Positions 1-13,079 of a DNA stretch of 64,000 bases are shown here, piece by piece. Positions within the stretch are counted from its first letter, which is position 1; each line of letters begins with the position of its first letter. Under the pieces are notes generated by a model. It saw nothing but the letters and a program-made list of their open reading frames with translations, searched no databases and was not told the DNA's origin. Source of the DNA: the human T2T-CHM13v2.0 reference genome, Homo sapiens; assembly GCF_009914755.1 (NCBI RefSeq), contig NC_060936.1; one strand, given 5' to 3'. The translations under genes and the position numbers were made by a program.

Positions 1-752
1 GCTGGACATTTGAATCTAAAAATATTGTAACTATAAATCAGTTATTTCCCCTTCCATAGGGTTTGCTGTTGTTGTTTTTAATACTTACATGCTGCCTCTG
101 TGCCAGGGATCAGCATAAAGTGTAAACTTGGTATCTCTGGTCTTTTCTGAGCTTGTGTCTTTTCCTGGCCATGTGCAGTACCTTTCTAATTTTCCCTATA
201 TATAGAGTTGCTATTAAATATCTTAGTCTTTAATGTCTGGCTCCCAAAGGGAGAAAAATTTAAAAAATGGAAGGGGGAACAGTAGTGCTGGCTCTTTAAA
301 TCCTCTGGAAATCACTTCAATTGATGAGGGAGGGGATTGCAACAACGAGGGGAGGTGCAAAAACAATGGCTGCCCATTTATGTGTTTGCATCTTTGTGGT
401 TAGAAGCAGCAACCAGCATTCTGAGAACAGCTACCTGAAATTTGAAGAACAGGATGATTTTGCCCACCCTGGCCCCCACACACTGCATGCAAGCTGCTCC
501 TGGAACAAGTGCTCAGCTGCCTGCCATGGAACTGACAGTGGGGGATGGGTAGTTGCTACTCTACTAATGGCTGAAATTGACCAAAATTAACCTCAATTTA
601 TGTCTAAGCCTTCCCTTGGAAGTTGTAAGCCTTCAGTAGGCTCCAGAGTTTCAAAATAGTTACATAAGACATAATCTGCCAATGAATTTGTTGTCTAAGT
701 AGGAAGACAGATTTCTGGTGCTCCCTACTCTGCTATCCTCCCAGAATCCTCT
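1..752 (-). mobile_element. Old L1M (L1MC/L1MD-type) 5' end
   Basis: Minus strand begins gggaggatagcagagtagggagcaccagaaatctgtc...tgtaactattttgaaactctggag, resembling ancient L1 5' termini. Confidence 0.6.
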
Positions 753-1268
753 AGGACAAATTATTTTTACATAGATAATTGTTTTTGGAAGCTTCATCTG
801 AGTTACAATAAAAAAGAGAAACAAAACCTTGCATTTTTATAATCTTCAAAGTAGTTTATATCTTATTTTATTTTCTCCTCTCCTTTCTTTCTTCCTATAT
901 TCTCTCACTCCTCCCTTCTGTTCTTCCTTCAAAACTAATTTAGTGCTTTTCCAGTTTGGGGGCATTTTACATTTGGTGAATTAACCATTTAATTCCTCCA
1001 ATTCTTTCTTCTTGTCAACCTTTGACCATTTTCCTGTTAACCCTTGCATTGGAAGAAACTGGATGATGAGATTAATTGCTGACTGAGGTTATTATCACTG
1101 GATTCATGTTTCCCATGTTCTCTCCAGCCTTTCTCCCCTTTGAAGGAGGGGAGACAACTTAGATAACTGAAAGTGGAGTATATTTTTGTGACCTCTAGGG
1201 AAGAGGAGAAAGGAAGGGACATGGAAGAGAGAAGATATGATTAAGCCAATGTAAACATTGTTAAAAAA

Positions 1269-1274
1269 TTTATT
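1269..1274 (-). terminator. Candidate distal polyadenylation signal AATAAA
   Basis: tttatt on +; followed on the minus strand by a pyrimidine-rich downstream region (1200-1235). Confidence 0.55.
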
Positions 1275-2805
1275 TGCAATTTTTTTTGTTCATTTGTTAA
1301 GTAACATCATTCCTTAAATATAAAAGCAATCTTACAGGATTATGCAATAGTGTCTCACACAGAAATGACTCCAAAGCTCTCCTGGAAAGGTTGCCCCTTC
1401 TGGATTTCATGACCTTTCTTAAGGGTAAGAAGACACTGCCAAAGAGGCCTCTGACCACAGGATCATTTGATCATTACTAACTGTGCAGGAATATTTACAA
1501 CAGTAAGACTGTGAAGTTGTGGCGTCTAGAGGGGAAGGGGCAGAAGTGTGCAGAGGTGTGGGGAATGGTGACAATGGAGGCACTGCCCATCTTCCCATGA
1601 CTCTCTGAAACAGGCATGATGCAGATTGGTTTAGGGGCATGAAGGTGGGTCTGAGCAGGAGGACATGAGGAGAGGAGGGATGGCAGAATTTTATCTGGAG
1701 CCTTTCACATGGAAGGAAGTTTTGTGTGGTAGCTCTGGTGTATTAAAATAAAACATCAATTGTATGAGTGTAATAGACATTCTAGTTCTTCAGCAGCTGG
1801 GGATCTGTCACCTTATTTCCTAATGAATTCATGTGTTTTTCCATAAGTTGTTTTCACCTGCTACCATTACAGACTGGTCCAGACCTGCTTATCCTTTTGT
1901 TTCCCACAGCCTATTTCAGTGCAAGGCCTTATTTCCATGAGACTCTGGGAGAACAGCATGCATTCTGGGCAGGGTGGGACACAGTGAAGGGATGGAAGGT
2001 GGTCTGGCTGGGAAGTCAAGAGATGGATTCCAGGTTTGAGGATAGATTGCAGCTGGATGCATTGATGGCATAAGGCCAGAAAGTAGAAGGTGCTCACTGT
2101 GTTTGGGTCACAGGGGATGCCTTCTGAAGGAGCCCTCTGCACAGGACTGTGTTAACAAATCATCTGCCCTTGATGCTCAAGTTTGTTCCTCCAACCTAGA
2201 AACTTTTAAACACTGGTGTAGTTTCTCCATGTTGGGAAGGCTTAGGGGTTGGGAACTTGGCACAGGACCCAGTTACTCATCCTCTTTTATGCCTCTTGGG
2301 ATTCTACAGAAAAGCATTTTCTGCTCTCTTCTCTTGGCTAAGGGCTCAGGAGAATTTCCTCAAGGTGTCTTGAAACCTGCACTCTCCAGTTCCTTGGCAA
2401 GCAAACAACAGCTTACCCTACTGCCTACTTGCCTCTTTTTCCTTTTCCCCTTGGTAATAAATTTGAGGGATCTAAGAATGCCAGAACAGGAATTCTCCAG
2501 GCCCAGTAAATAAGAACCATTCTGTCAATTTCTATATTTTCTTATATAGAAATCATACTCTTTTAACATCTACAACCTCTTCTACCAGGAGCTGTCTCTG
2601 ATAATCACCTTGGTTCAAGGAGCATGAGTGATTTTTAGATGGTGAACGTTCAGTCAATGTATGATTTATGCCAGGAGAAGTGGGATAGTACCCTTTTTGG
2701 AAGGGCTACAAAGCCAAATTATTTACATTCTGAAAATGGGGATGCATGAGAGGACCCACAAAGAGGACGTTCACCTATGAATCAGCCAGTATCTGATCTA
2801 ACAGC

Positions 2806-2871
2806 TCTGGTTACATAACATTCTGGTTACATAACATTTCAAGCTTTTGGTTACAAAACATTTCGAGCTTT
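2806..2871. repeat. Nested short tandem duplications (16-bp x2 overlapping 24-bp x2)
   Basis: tctggttacataacat at 2806 and 2822; tggttaca(t/a)aacatttc(a/g)agcttt at 2824 and 2848. Confidence 0.9.
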
Positions 2872-4069
2872 TCTTTAATTACTTAGTCTTTGTCTTGTCT
2901 TTCTTATTGTTAGTACAGACATAAGAGAATTTCCACGGAAAATCCCACTTCAGACTCTACTCCTTGTTGAACTGATTTGTTATTCTTAATATATTTATTC
3001 AGCTGCAATCCCTAGTGTCCTTCCAGAGACTGATTAAAAGGCTTTTCTAATATACCAGAAAGACTAAGGGTCTTTACCACTTCGTGTGCTATTACTCAAA
3101 TTTCTTAAAATCATCTGAGGAAAAGTTAATGATTTTAGGAGGAGTAGTATTTTTTCAATGTAGATAAATAATATTTATTTCATAATAATAAATGATTCTG
3201 ATGGCACTATTTCCACCCACAGAAGTCATTCTGGTTCTGTCTCCATGTCTATATACACAATGATCGCCCTTCTGGGAGGAGGAAAAGTTCCTTATGGAGA
3301 GCTCAACCCCAGCCCTTGAACCTTAAGGGTGTGTATATTCTGAGGTCTTCGAGCATCTCCCCAATAATGTGGAGATCTAGCAGAAACCCATTTACCTGCT
3401 GTAATGCTATCTGGCTCCACAAAGCAACATTTCATTGCTTTGCAATAAAAAATTAATTAAAATAAAACCATAGGTGGATTCACAAAGAAACTGTGTAAGC
3501 ATCTGTAAATATAGGTTAATTTTTGAATTATAAGTAATATATTAAACCACTATTTCTAGTTTCATTAACTTTATGTATTAAGTAAGATCCCCACAATATT
3601 AAGTAAGAAAATTACTGACTCTCGACTTCTCACTACCTGTTCTCTTGTTTCTCTTCTCCATGTCTGTCCGCTATGCCATTATCTCTACCCTCATGAGAGT
3701 AGTACAAGTGCTCAGAATAAGAACTAAACTCCCAGGCTTCATGTATACCAACAAAAGAGGTCATGAGGGATCCCAAAGCACTCCAACACCCACTTTCTCT
3801 GACCTGCTTTCTCCCACCAAGAAGTGTCAAAGGAGAACCCTATGTTTTCAGAGTAAAATGCCATCTCCTCCATGAGGGGATAAAAGTGATGCCAAGGTAC
3901 TAAGTCCATAGCCATGTCTCTCTGGGCCTATGATGCTCCATTGAGGGAGTTCAAGTGGGTGAATTGTCCACAAAGCAAGACTCAGCTTTCTCAGATCACC
4001 TCAAATCTATCAATAGGGATGATGAATGGGCCTCAGGAGCTTGAGTAAGTTTTTGCTTATTCAGTTTTG

Positions 4070-4800
4070 CTCCACGACAAGAGGTCATCAGGGAGCCCAG
4101 TCACCACCTCGCCTAATTTTGACACTCACTGTTTCACCAACACTATCTGCCTTGAATCCGTAAGAACTAACCTCATTATGTCCTCTGCCCCCATTTATGT
4201 CAGTCACCTAAATAGCCACAGAATTCCAAACTATCTCTCATTCCCCTTCTTCTAATTTCCATAAGTCTAACTTCCATATATATCCTATTTGCTTCTTTTT
4301 AGCTCAGATTCCAGTTCAGAAATGAGCATTCTCTTCACCATCGCACACTCAGCAAAATCTGATTCCCCTGAAACCTTCTCATGCAGTGGCTGTTTACTTT
4401 TTCTTGCTGCTCTGTGAATATAGGTAAGTCTCTTCTCCTTGTTTTAGTTTCCAGGCCATTCTCCTCACTTCCTCCCACCACAAAGGAAGTGGCTCCAAAT
4501 TTCATGTCATCAGATCTTAATACGATATCTCACTGCTGCAGTCATACCTACATCAAAGTTAAACTCCCCCTTTCCAATGATTTTAGTTCCTCTCTCTTGT
4601 TTCAAAGCCAGTCTTGGTTTGAACCTTGGTTATTTTTTATATGCCCAGAGTTGAAGTCTCAAACTTCATGAAACTGAAACTTAACTTTTCATCCTTCCCC
4701 CTAAACCTGTTCTATACAGCCTTTCTCTTCTCATTTGCTTTCTTTTTTCATATGATGCATCTGATCATTTAGGAAATCATATTAACCTGTAAAGCATCTG
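4070..4800 (+). mobile_element. Degraded L2 LINE fragments in the 3'UTR region
   Basis: C/T-rich sequence with L2-like phrases (ctcaaacttcatgaaactgaaactt..catccttcccc..aaacctg); boundaries approximate. Confidence 0.45.
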
Positions 4801-6061
4801 TACAAAGTCCTTCAGTTAACTGGCCTGCTTTCTGTCCAGCTACCAACTCACACTTTGAACTGGCAACTCAGTTTCACACTTCCATTCCAGGCTCCTTCTA
4901 GGTATATTCTGTATTTCAGCTTCCTCCACTCTGTTGTATCCCTGCAGACACTCTCACTCCATTTATAGTACACATAAATAACCATAGTGTATTGACACCC
5001 ACTTCTCCCACCCTTCCTTACTCCATTCTCTTCATCCATTAGGGATTTATGTCATTCTTATATATTGACTGTCATTTCAACAGGAAGGAGAGTAAGGAGT
5101 AGACAAACAGGTATTTGTCTGTTCATTCTATTCTCTTTTACCAGAAGCCCTATATTAATCAATAAGTCCTCTTCTATGTCTAAAATCCTTCAATTTTTAA
5201 TTTTATCCATAATTTACAAAATAATAATATAAGTAGATTTAGCTTTTAATATGTACCTTAGCCTTTACTAACCTCTGTTTCATAACAGAAGCTATTGTCT
5301 AAGATTATTTTGGGAAAATTAGTGTTTGTGTTCTACCTTAGGACACAATGGGTGATATAAACATCGGTCTAAAGAGTCCTGAATCTTAGAAAGTGGTTCT
5401 TTGACAATATCTGACATTACAAACAGCCTTTAAGAACTGGAGTTTTTATAATATTGTCCTTTCATCCTTTGATTCAGACACTTGTTTGTAAGAAAAACTT
5501 TAGTCACTGGATTTGAATTACTGAAAAAAAATCCAACAATCTTTGCCTCATGATGTTTAATAACCTGCTTAAGTTTGTCAGTATTCTGTACAAATTGAGC
5601 AAATGTATGAGTAATAAAGAAAAGAAAAAATTGAAAGTAGGAGGGTATATTTATGAGTAATCTATTATATAGGAGTCATGCCTAGAATGAATAAGAAGAG
5701 TTAAAGAACGATTCCTAAATAGAATAAGAAGATGTAGGCTTCTCTCACATGGAAGCGATAAACTTGAATAAAATATTTAAATCTTCACATAACAGAATGA
5801 GAATTTAGGCATCTGAATAATTCCAATATCAAAGAACAAATTTAGTGGAATTAAATAGGTTTTCATAACAGAAAATTTTTAGAAGTATTAGTAGAAGGAG
5901 ATGTAGGAAGTACACCCTTACTTCGATGAATTAAGGGAAATTGCTGTTTCAACATAAAAATAAAGCTGGCTCTAAGAATCTTCTTTAGGGGGCTGTTATT
6001 GATGTCCCTCCTAGGAAAACTCAAGTGTCACTGATACCTTAGAAATATCATTAGTGAACAT

Positions 6062-6067
6062 TTTATT
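6062..6067 (-). terminator. Candidate proximal polyadenylation signal AATAAA
   Basis: tttatt on +, about 130 nt after the stop codon. Confidence 0.4.
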
Positions 6068-6199
6068 ATTTTGAGTTAAGAGGTTTTTTAGGTTCTTAAA
6101 GACAAGAAAAAGTTATCTATTATATCTCTACTGATTTTTAAAACAATTAAGTTGTACAGCATGTTCTCTAATTCTGAAAAAAGTAATATAATAGGACAA

Positions 6200-6419
6200 T
6201 TACAATTTAGTTTTCAATTCATCATCTTTCAAAACCGTGGACTTTTGGTATATATCTTTGCACTCATTTTCCTTCCCTTTGACTTTTGTCTCTATAAGCT
6301 CTGTTCCTGAAGAGGCATTTTCACCAGGTAGATGACACTTCCTCAAAAGAATTAAGATGATTAAGGCTGGAACAAAGCTTGATCCTCTTAGTGCTGCCGG
6401 CAATCCGAGGTAGATGTAT
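6200..6419 (-). CDS. SLCO1A2: OATP1A2 terminal coding exon (YIYLGLPAAL...DDELKTKL*), last TM and PDZ-type C-terminus
   Basis: Acceptor aaaatag|A, TAA stop ending at 6200; ORF 6200..6403. Confidence 0.97.
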
Positions 6420-7689
6420 CTATTTTTTTAAAAGTTAAAACATATTAAATATTACATAGTGTGGTTAGTGCAAACTAAATTTGTATATCTTTGTATTTTA
6501 TTCTGATAAAAACAGCAGCTGATGGTTTTGCATGCTGATCTTATATAAGCAACTTTGCTAAACTCTCTTATTAATTTCAGTATTTGTTAAAATATTTTAT
6601 GTTTTTTTAATTTTCCCACTGAGAAAATCCAAATTTATTTTCATCTTTTCTAATGTTTTATTATTGTTGTTATAACTAACTAGTTTTTCATTGAGTAGGA
6701 TCTTCACCTCAAAATGAATACTGGTAGTGATAGCAGTTTTATTCTAGTATTTAGTAAGAATGCTTCCAAAGAATCATCATGAATTATAATATATACTCTT
6801 GTGAGAGTTTCTTTAGATGACCTTGATCAGATTAAGGAAGTTATTTTCTATTGTGAGCTTGCTCAAAGTTTTAATCATGAATGTGCATAATATAACCAAA
6901 TAACTTTTCTGCTTGTAGTCGGAAGAATATGCAAAGTTTTCTACCTTTATTGTGTTAATAGCATCTATTACACCAATAGATTTTCTGATATTGACCTATC
7001 CTTGCATGCTTAAAATAAACTGTAATTTTTATACATTACTAGATTCAATTTATCAATTTTTATGTAGAATTTTTGCATGTATAAGATTAGCCTACAAATT
7101 TTTTTCTTGTACTGAACTTGTCCAGTGTGATTATTAAGATAGTACTAGCTTTGTGAAATGAATTACAAAATTTTCCCTTTTTCTGTTTCTGAGAATAACT
7201 TGCATAATTTACAAATGAATCATTGGTTCATTGTAGGTTTTTTCAGACTTTCCTGAAAAATATCTGAACTTGGTACCTTGGGAGATGAGCACTTTTGAAA
7301 GTTTTACATTTTTAAGTAACTATAAAAATATTCATGTTTCTATAGATTTATAATAAAATCTGGTAATATATAATTAATTGTCTAGAAAAATATCTATTTA
7401 ATATGTTTCTAAATTGTTATATCTAAAATCCCTATGTAAGTGTTATAATATCTGTACTTATATTAGCTTTTTCATCCTTAATGATGTTTTATTTGTGCCT
7501 CCTCTCTTTATTTGCCTTTCCACAGTATTGTTATTAGTAATATCTTTGCACCTTTACAAAAACATAGCTCTTTACTTTCTTATTCCCTCTATGGTATATA
7601 GTCTATTTATTAATTTCTTCATCTATTTTTATCTTTCTACTTCTAAAATTTTCTTTTATTATGAAACAGTACTAGGATTCAGAAAAAAA

Positions 7690-7840
7690 TGGACACCAGT
7701 GATTGGATTTAAGCCTATGGTAATCCAGTATAACCACATTTAACTTAACTACTCTACTTGTAAATGCTCTATTTGCAAATAAGGTCACATTGTGAAGTTC
7801 TGAGTGAATATCACATTTTGAGGAACACTAAATCCTGTAA
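7690..7840 (-). mobile_element. MLT1-type MaLR LTR fragment
   Basis: taatccagtataaccacat..ctatttgcaaataaggtcacattgtgaagttctgagtg resembles an MLT1 LTR 5' end reversed. Confidence 0.6.
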
Positions 7841-8229
7841 AAGGTGTTTTACCTCATTAATTGGATTAAAGCATTGAATCTGAATTTAGTCGCTTGACTT
7901 AGAAGTACCTTATTCTTCCTTGGAAGCTGATATCAGAAACCACTGCTCATTTTGAGACATAGAGCCTGTGAATTCAGCTTTGTTTACTCCTTTATGTTTC
8001 TGTTTAATTTCTGAAAAACCAGATGTTTAGGATGATATTTATATTGTCTTTTAATCAAGAAAAGTCCCTTTTGAATTTTAAAAATATATTGTTTCAATTA
8101 TTCTTATTTGAGATAGGAAATATATCAATATGTAAATTTTTGAGTCATTTATCAGGTCGTTCTATGTCATTTGTACATATTTCATTGTTCTTTTTCTAAA
8201 TTCTGAGTTCATTAATTTTCAGCCTTTTA

Positions 8230-8555
8230 TGTGTAAATGTATATATGTATATATTTTTATACATATTATGTTTTAAATGTATAAATATATACATCTTTAT
8301 ATACATATGTGTATATAAACATATATACCTATGTGTATATAAACATATATACCTATGTGTATATACATGTGAATATATGTTGCATATGTATATTTACATA
8401 TGTAATATAGCTATACATATGTAAATATACATTTATATACATATGTAAATAAATATGTATATATGTACTTATATGTATATATTATATACATATTTATATA
8501 CATATATTTGTACATATGCAAATATATACATATGTGTATATATATTTATACATTT
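8230..8555. repeat. AT-rich (TA/TG/CA) low-complexity tract with internal palindrome
   Basis: Direct reading; perfect 19-bp inverted arms at 8386-8404 and 8414-8432. Confidence 0.9.
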
Positions 8556-9571
8556 AAAGCTCTAAAAATCCCTTTGATTACTGGTTGGCTTAGCTTCATC
8601 CCACAAGTTTTCTTATTCAGTGCTTTCATTGACATACAGTTCTAATTATTTATGTTTACTATAATTTATTCTTTTAACCATGAGTAATTTAAGACTGCAT
8701 TCTTTTCCACTTTTCAAACATTTGGGGTTTGGGAATTTTTTATTATAGACTTTCATCTCCATTGCATTGTGAACAGAAAACAGGATTTATGTGGTATCAA
8801 TACTTTTTTTTAACTTTTTAGTGGCATAGGTGCTCGTATTTTGGTTAACAATTATCCATGTATTCATGTAGAAATAGATATAGATGTATTATAGATTCAT
8901 ACAGATTATATATGTTTATACAGAATATACATTTATCTGTATATTCAATTACTCTTGTACAATTTGAAGTTGAAATATTCTATATTATCACTCATTTTTG
9001 TCTGTATTTAATATTCATTTGTGGGACAAGTATATTGAAATTTTCCATTCTGTAGATTTATTCTTATAATTTTATAAATTTTTGTTTTGTATATTTGAGG
9101 TTATGTTGATAGATTTACATAGCTTCATAATTTTTCTATATTTTTATAGTGTTTTCCTTTTATTATTAAGTAATATCTCTGGTTAACCCTATTAATTTTT
9201 TCCCTTTAACTTACTTATATTTTGTTGAAATCATTAATATAACTACAGAAGTTGATTTAGTATGTGTCTGGTAGATCTTTTCAAAACCTTATCTTCAATC
9301 ATTTTATATTTTTGATCTATCTATCTCTTACAAACAACATTTAGTTCAAATTTTGAAAAGTCCAATATAAAAATTACTATCTTTTAACCAGCAAGTTTAA
9401 CCAATTTGCAAAACCACTTAGGCTTATTTTTTAACTTATTTGTGTGGGGTTTTTTCTTATGAATTACCACTACTGCATTTTCTCCCCTTCTATTGGTTGG
9501 AATAAATCTAATTAATCATTTTCACATTTTTAGGAAAATGTAAAGGTAATCAGAAGTTTGTTCTCAAGAAC

Positions 9572-10088
9572 TGTAAAAGAGTCTAAGATTTTACTTCATT
9601 TGTAAGCTAACAGGCTAGCCTGCCACAGTTTCAAGGATGCTAACAGAAGATACAAGACTCATAGGTCAGGGACAAAGGACTTTTTTTACTCACAACACAG
9701 CAGTCAGCACAAGCTTCATGTTCAAGTTGATTTTCCTTACCCTCCAAGTCCCAAAGTGGTGAGACAGAGGGAGAACCCAGGTAAACATTGTACACACAGT
9801 GAATTTGGGCTGCAGTTAGAAAGTCCTGAGTTTAGGAAATCCCAATCTTTCTTTTAAATGGGCTTCAAAAAAATCTGCCCAAACTTTGCCCCAAAGGGAG
9901 ACATTTTCTTATCATCATGGACAACAAGCTACCTGCCCTCTGTCCTTGAGAGAGACACTATTTATATCTTCCAAGGTCATTTACTGTTCCAACATCCTTG
10001 AAAATATAGTCCAGAAAAAATGCTCTCAGTGTCCCTGCTAACAAGAAAAGCAGAAATGTAGGGATCCATGGAGAATTGTCTACCAACA
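9572..10088 (-). mobile_element. ERVL-class LTR (LTR40-like), with probable internal remnant to ~10330
   Basis: TG...CA termini, 517 bp; minus strand starts tgttggtagacaattctccatggatccc. Confidence 0.7.
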
Positions 10089-11120
10089 ATATTTACCCTT
10101 ATTTCTAGAATATCTTGGCTTCTGGTAGATTTTTCTCATGGATACACCATTTCATTGACCAGTCTAATTGGTCTGACTAACAGAGAATGGAGCCAAGTCC
10201 GTTTAATGTGTCTTAAGCACCATTTAATTCAGGAGACTATCAACAAGAATCCAAGTAGCAGGATGAGGCCAACCCTCAATAGTGACCCTTGGGGTTCCTC
10301 AACTGTGGTAGAAATCCACCGCATACATAGCATGTAGCTGAGCTTCCCTCAGCATCACTCCTGGGGAGCTCTGGGGGAAAGGGGAATAGATGCAGAGATG
10401 AATCTCCTGCGTCTGCTCTCCCCATACTTCTTGATATGTGTCCTTTTGCTGATCAAGACCAATATCTTAGAATGCTTTAAACAATGGTAAATTGTTTTAT
10501 ATTGAATGAAGTAGCTTTATTATTGCCCCATCAAGAGAAGTTAATTCAAATTTAAACAAAACTCAAATTTCCGAATGAAAAAGAACATGAAAATAGAAAT
10601 AACAAAGAGTTTTATTCAAAATTAGATTTGTATTTACCAAAGAGAAGGCATTAGGAGACATGAAGAAGATTGTTTCAGCAAAATGTAAAGAGGGAGAAAA
10701 TATATGATTTTGGAGACCAGAGACTGGTGGTGAGAGGAAGTGAGGCTTCAGACTCGTGAGATGATGAAATCATGCAGGATAAAATGAGAGCCTTTAGAGA
10801 GCAATATAAATTGGATAGGTATCAGTGTACAACCATTACCTTCAATATTGTGTTGACTGCTAAGAATTTAACGAACAACACTTTGAAAGCCAAGGTTAGG
10901 GAAGCCATGTATGCTTATATTTACCAAGCACTTGAGAAATAATGGGAAAATACAATTCTAGTATGCAAATAAGGAATGGAGATATAACATCAGTATCTCT
11001 GCTGGAAATAACCACAAAAGTATTCTTTTCACTTGACAAAGAAAAAGTTACGTGTGAATGGTGCTGCGTTATGCACAGTCTATGCTTATAAAACAATTTT
11101 AAACAAATTATTATCTTTAC

Positions 11121-11238
11121 CTGAAGGTGGTGGAATCATATATCCTGCATGCCCCTGACTCACCACATTTCAAAGTTCCCCAGTGTAAACATGTGGAATC
11201 CATTAAAGCGCCAAAATATATAGGTGCAGGAATGCCAG
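11121..11238 (-). CDS. SLCO1A2: OATP1A2 coding exon, 118 bp (AGIPAPIYFGALMDSTCLHWG...CRIYDSTTFR)
   Basis: Read manually; acceptor ttgtag|CT, donor CAG|gtaaag; conserved GIPAPIYFG..D.TC..W motif. Confidence 0.96.
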
Positions 11239-11757
11239 CTACAATTGACAGGGAAAGAAAAATCTATCAACAAGAATTAAGATACTTGATTTATTTGGAA
11301 ATATTTCAATTTTCTTTATTTGTACGGCAAAGTTTATCAAAACATAAATCTAATGGTCTAAATTTTATTTTTAGAAATGATGAGTTACTTTTACTGTAAA
11401 GTTTCTAAATTATTAAAAGATAAGTAATCTTATGGTCAAATGCAACATAATTATTAGTAGAGTAAAACATTGAATTAAAGATTCTGAACTTTATATATTT
11501 TCTTAAATGTTTTGGGCCAGTTATATGTACATTTTATTTGGGCAGAGCATTTTCTTTCATTTTATTTTCAAATCTTCAAACAAAGAATAGTGTAATTAAG
11601 GTCAGACAGGGCCTTTTCAAGTAAAAGAGATTCTCTATCTCTTTGTGTGCTGCATTCTCATATTTATAACGTGCTTTTTACATACAGAAGGGACATTTGC
11701 TAGACTGCTTTTCTGAAATAATATTACCTTGTTTATCTAGTATTTAATATTGTTCTG

Positions 11758-11968
11758 CACATGGACACAGGAAGGGGAACATCACACACCAGGGCCTGTT
11801 GTGGGGTGGGGGAAGGGGGGAGGGATAGCATTAGGAGATTCACCTAATGTTAAATGATGAGTTAATGGGTGCAGCACACCAACATGGCACATGTATACAT
11901 ATGTAACAAACCTGCACGTTGTGCACATGTACCCTAAAACTTAAAGTGTAATAAAAAATAATAATAAT
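11758..11968 (+). mobile_element. 5'-truncated L1PA 3'UTR fragment (~210 bp) with target-site duplication
   Basis: L1PA 3'UTR with G-rich tract ...gtaccctaaaacttaaagt; TSD aatattgttctg at 11746-11757 and 11969-11980. Confidence 0.95.
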
Positions 11969-12011
11969 AATATTGTTCTGATAGGATGTGGGAAAAAATA
12001 ACTATTTTTAC

Positions 12012-12076
12012 CAAATACTCTTGTGCAAAATGTATGTAATCCCACACCAAGGGACTTCTCTTCAGATTTCATACAC
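12012..12076 (-). CDS. SLCO1A2: OATP1A2 coding exon, 65 bp (CMKSEEKSLGVGLHTFCTRVF)
   Basis: Acceptor ttttcag|G, donor TTG|gtaaaa. Confidence 0.97.
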
Positions 12077-12310
12077 CTGAAAAGTAAATAAGTTTGTAAA
12101 TAAAAGAAAAATAAAGATTTAAAACTATCATATTGTCTTGAAAAGGCCAGTTGTAAGCTAGTCACACATAATGAACATTCAAAATTTTACTTTCATGCTC
12201 ACTTATTGGTTATTCAGGGCTTTATTATCCAGCTGGCAGCCTACACAGGAGCCCATTTCTGGTCACTGGCACTTTACTCATCACTTTTTCTTATTAATAC
12301 CTATTTTATT

Positions 12311-13000
<690 letters not shown>

Positions 13001-13037
13001 ATCTCTACTTATGCGTAGAGATGATAGAGATAAATAT

Positions 13038-13040
<3 letters not shown>

Positions 13041-13076
<36 letters not shown>
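13041..13076. repeat. (CA)18 microsatellite
   Basis: Direct reading. Confidence 0.98.

Positions 13077-13079
<3 letters not shown>

Larger units (their letters stand above)
1250..6199 (-). other. SLCO1A2: Probable long 3'UTR of SLCO1A2
   Basis: Sequence after the stop, with minus-strand AATAAA at 6062-6067, 3174-3179, 2994-2999 and 1269-1274. Distal end chosen from my recollection that the gene has a ~5-kb UTR. Confidence 0.6.
6480..9420 (-). mobile_element. Highly degraded old L1 (L1ME-like) ORF2 region, interrupted by an MLT fragment and AT-rich repeat
   Basis: T-rich antisense-L1 phrases (gcaactttgctaaactctcttatt; tcagattaaggaagtt; attgcattgtgaacagaaaa). Confidence 0.6.

Noticed and set aside
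1831-2513. ORFs of 80-136 aa in the distal 3'UTR region
   Set aside because: No recognisable motif or splice context; lengths compatible with chance
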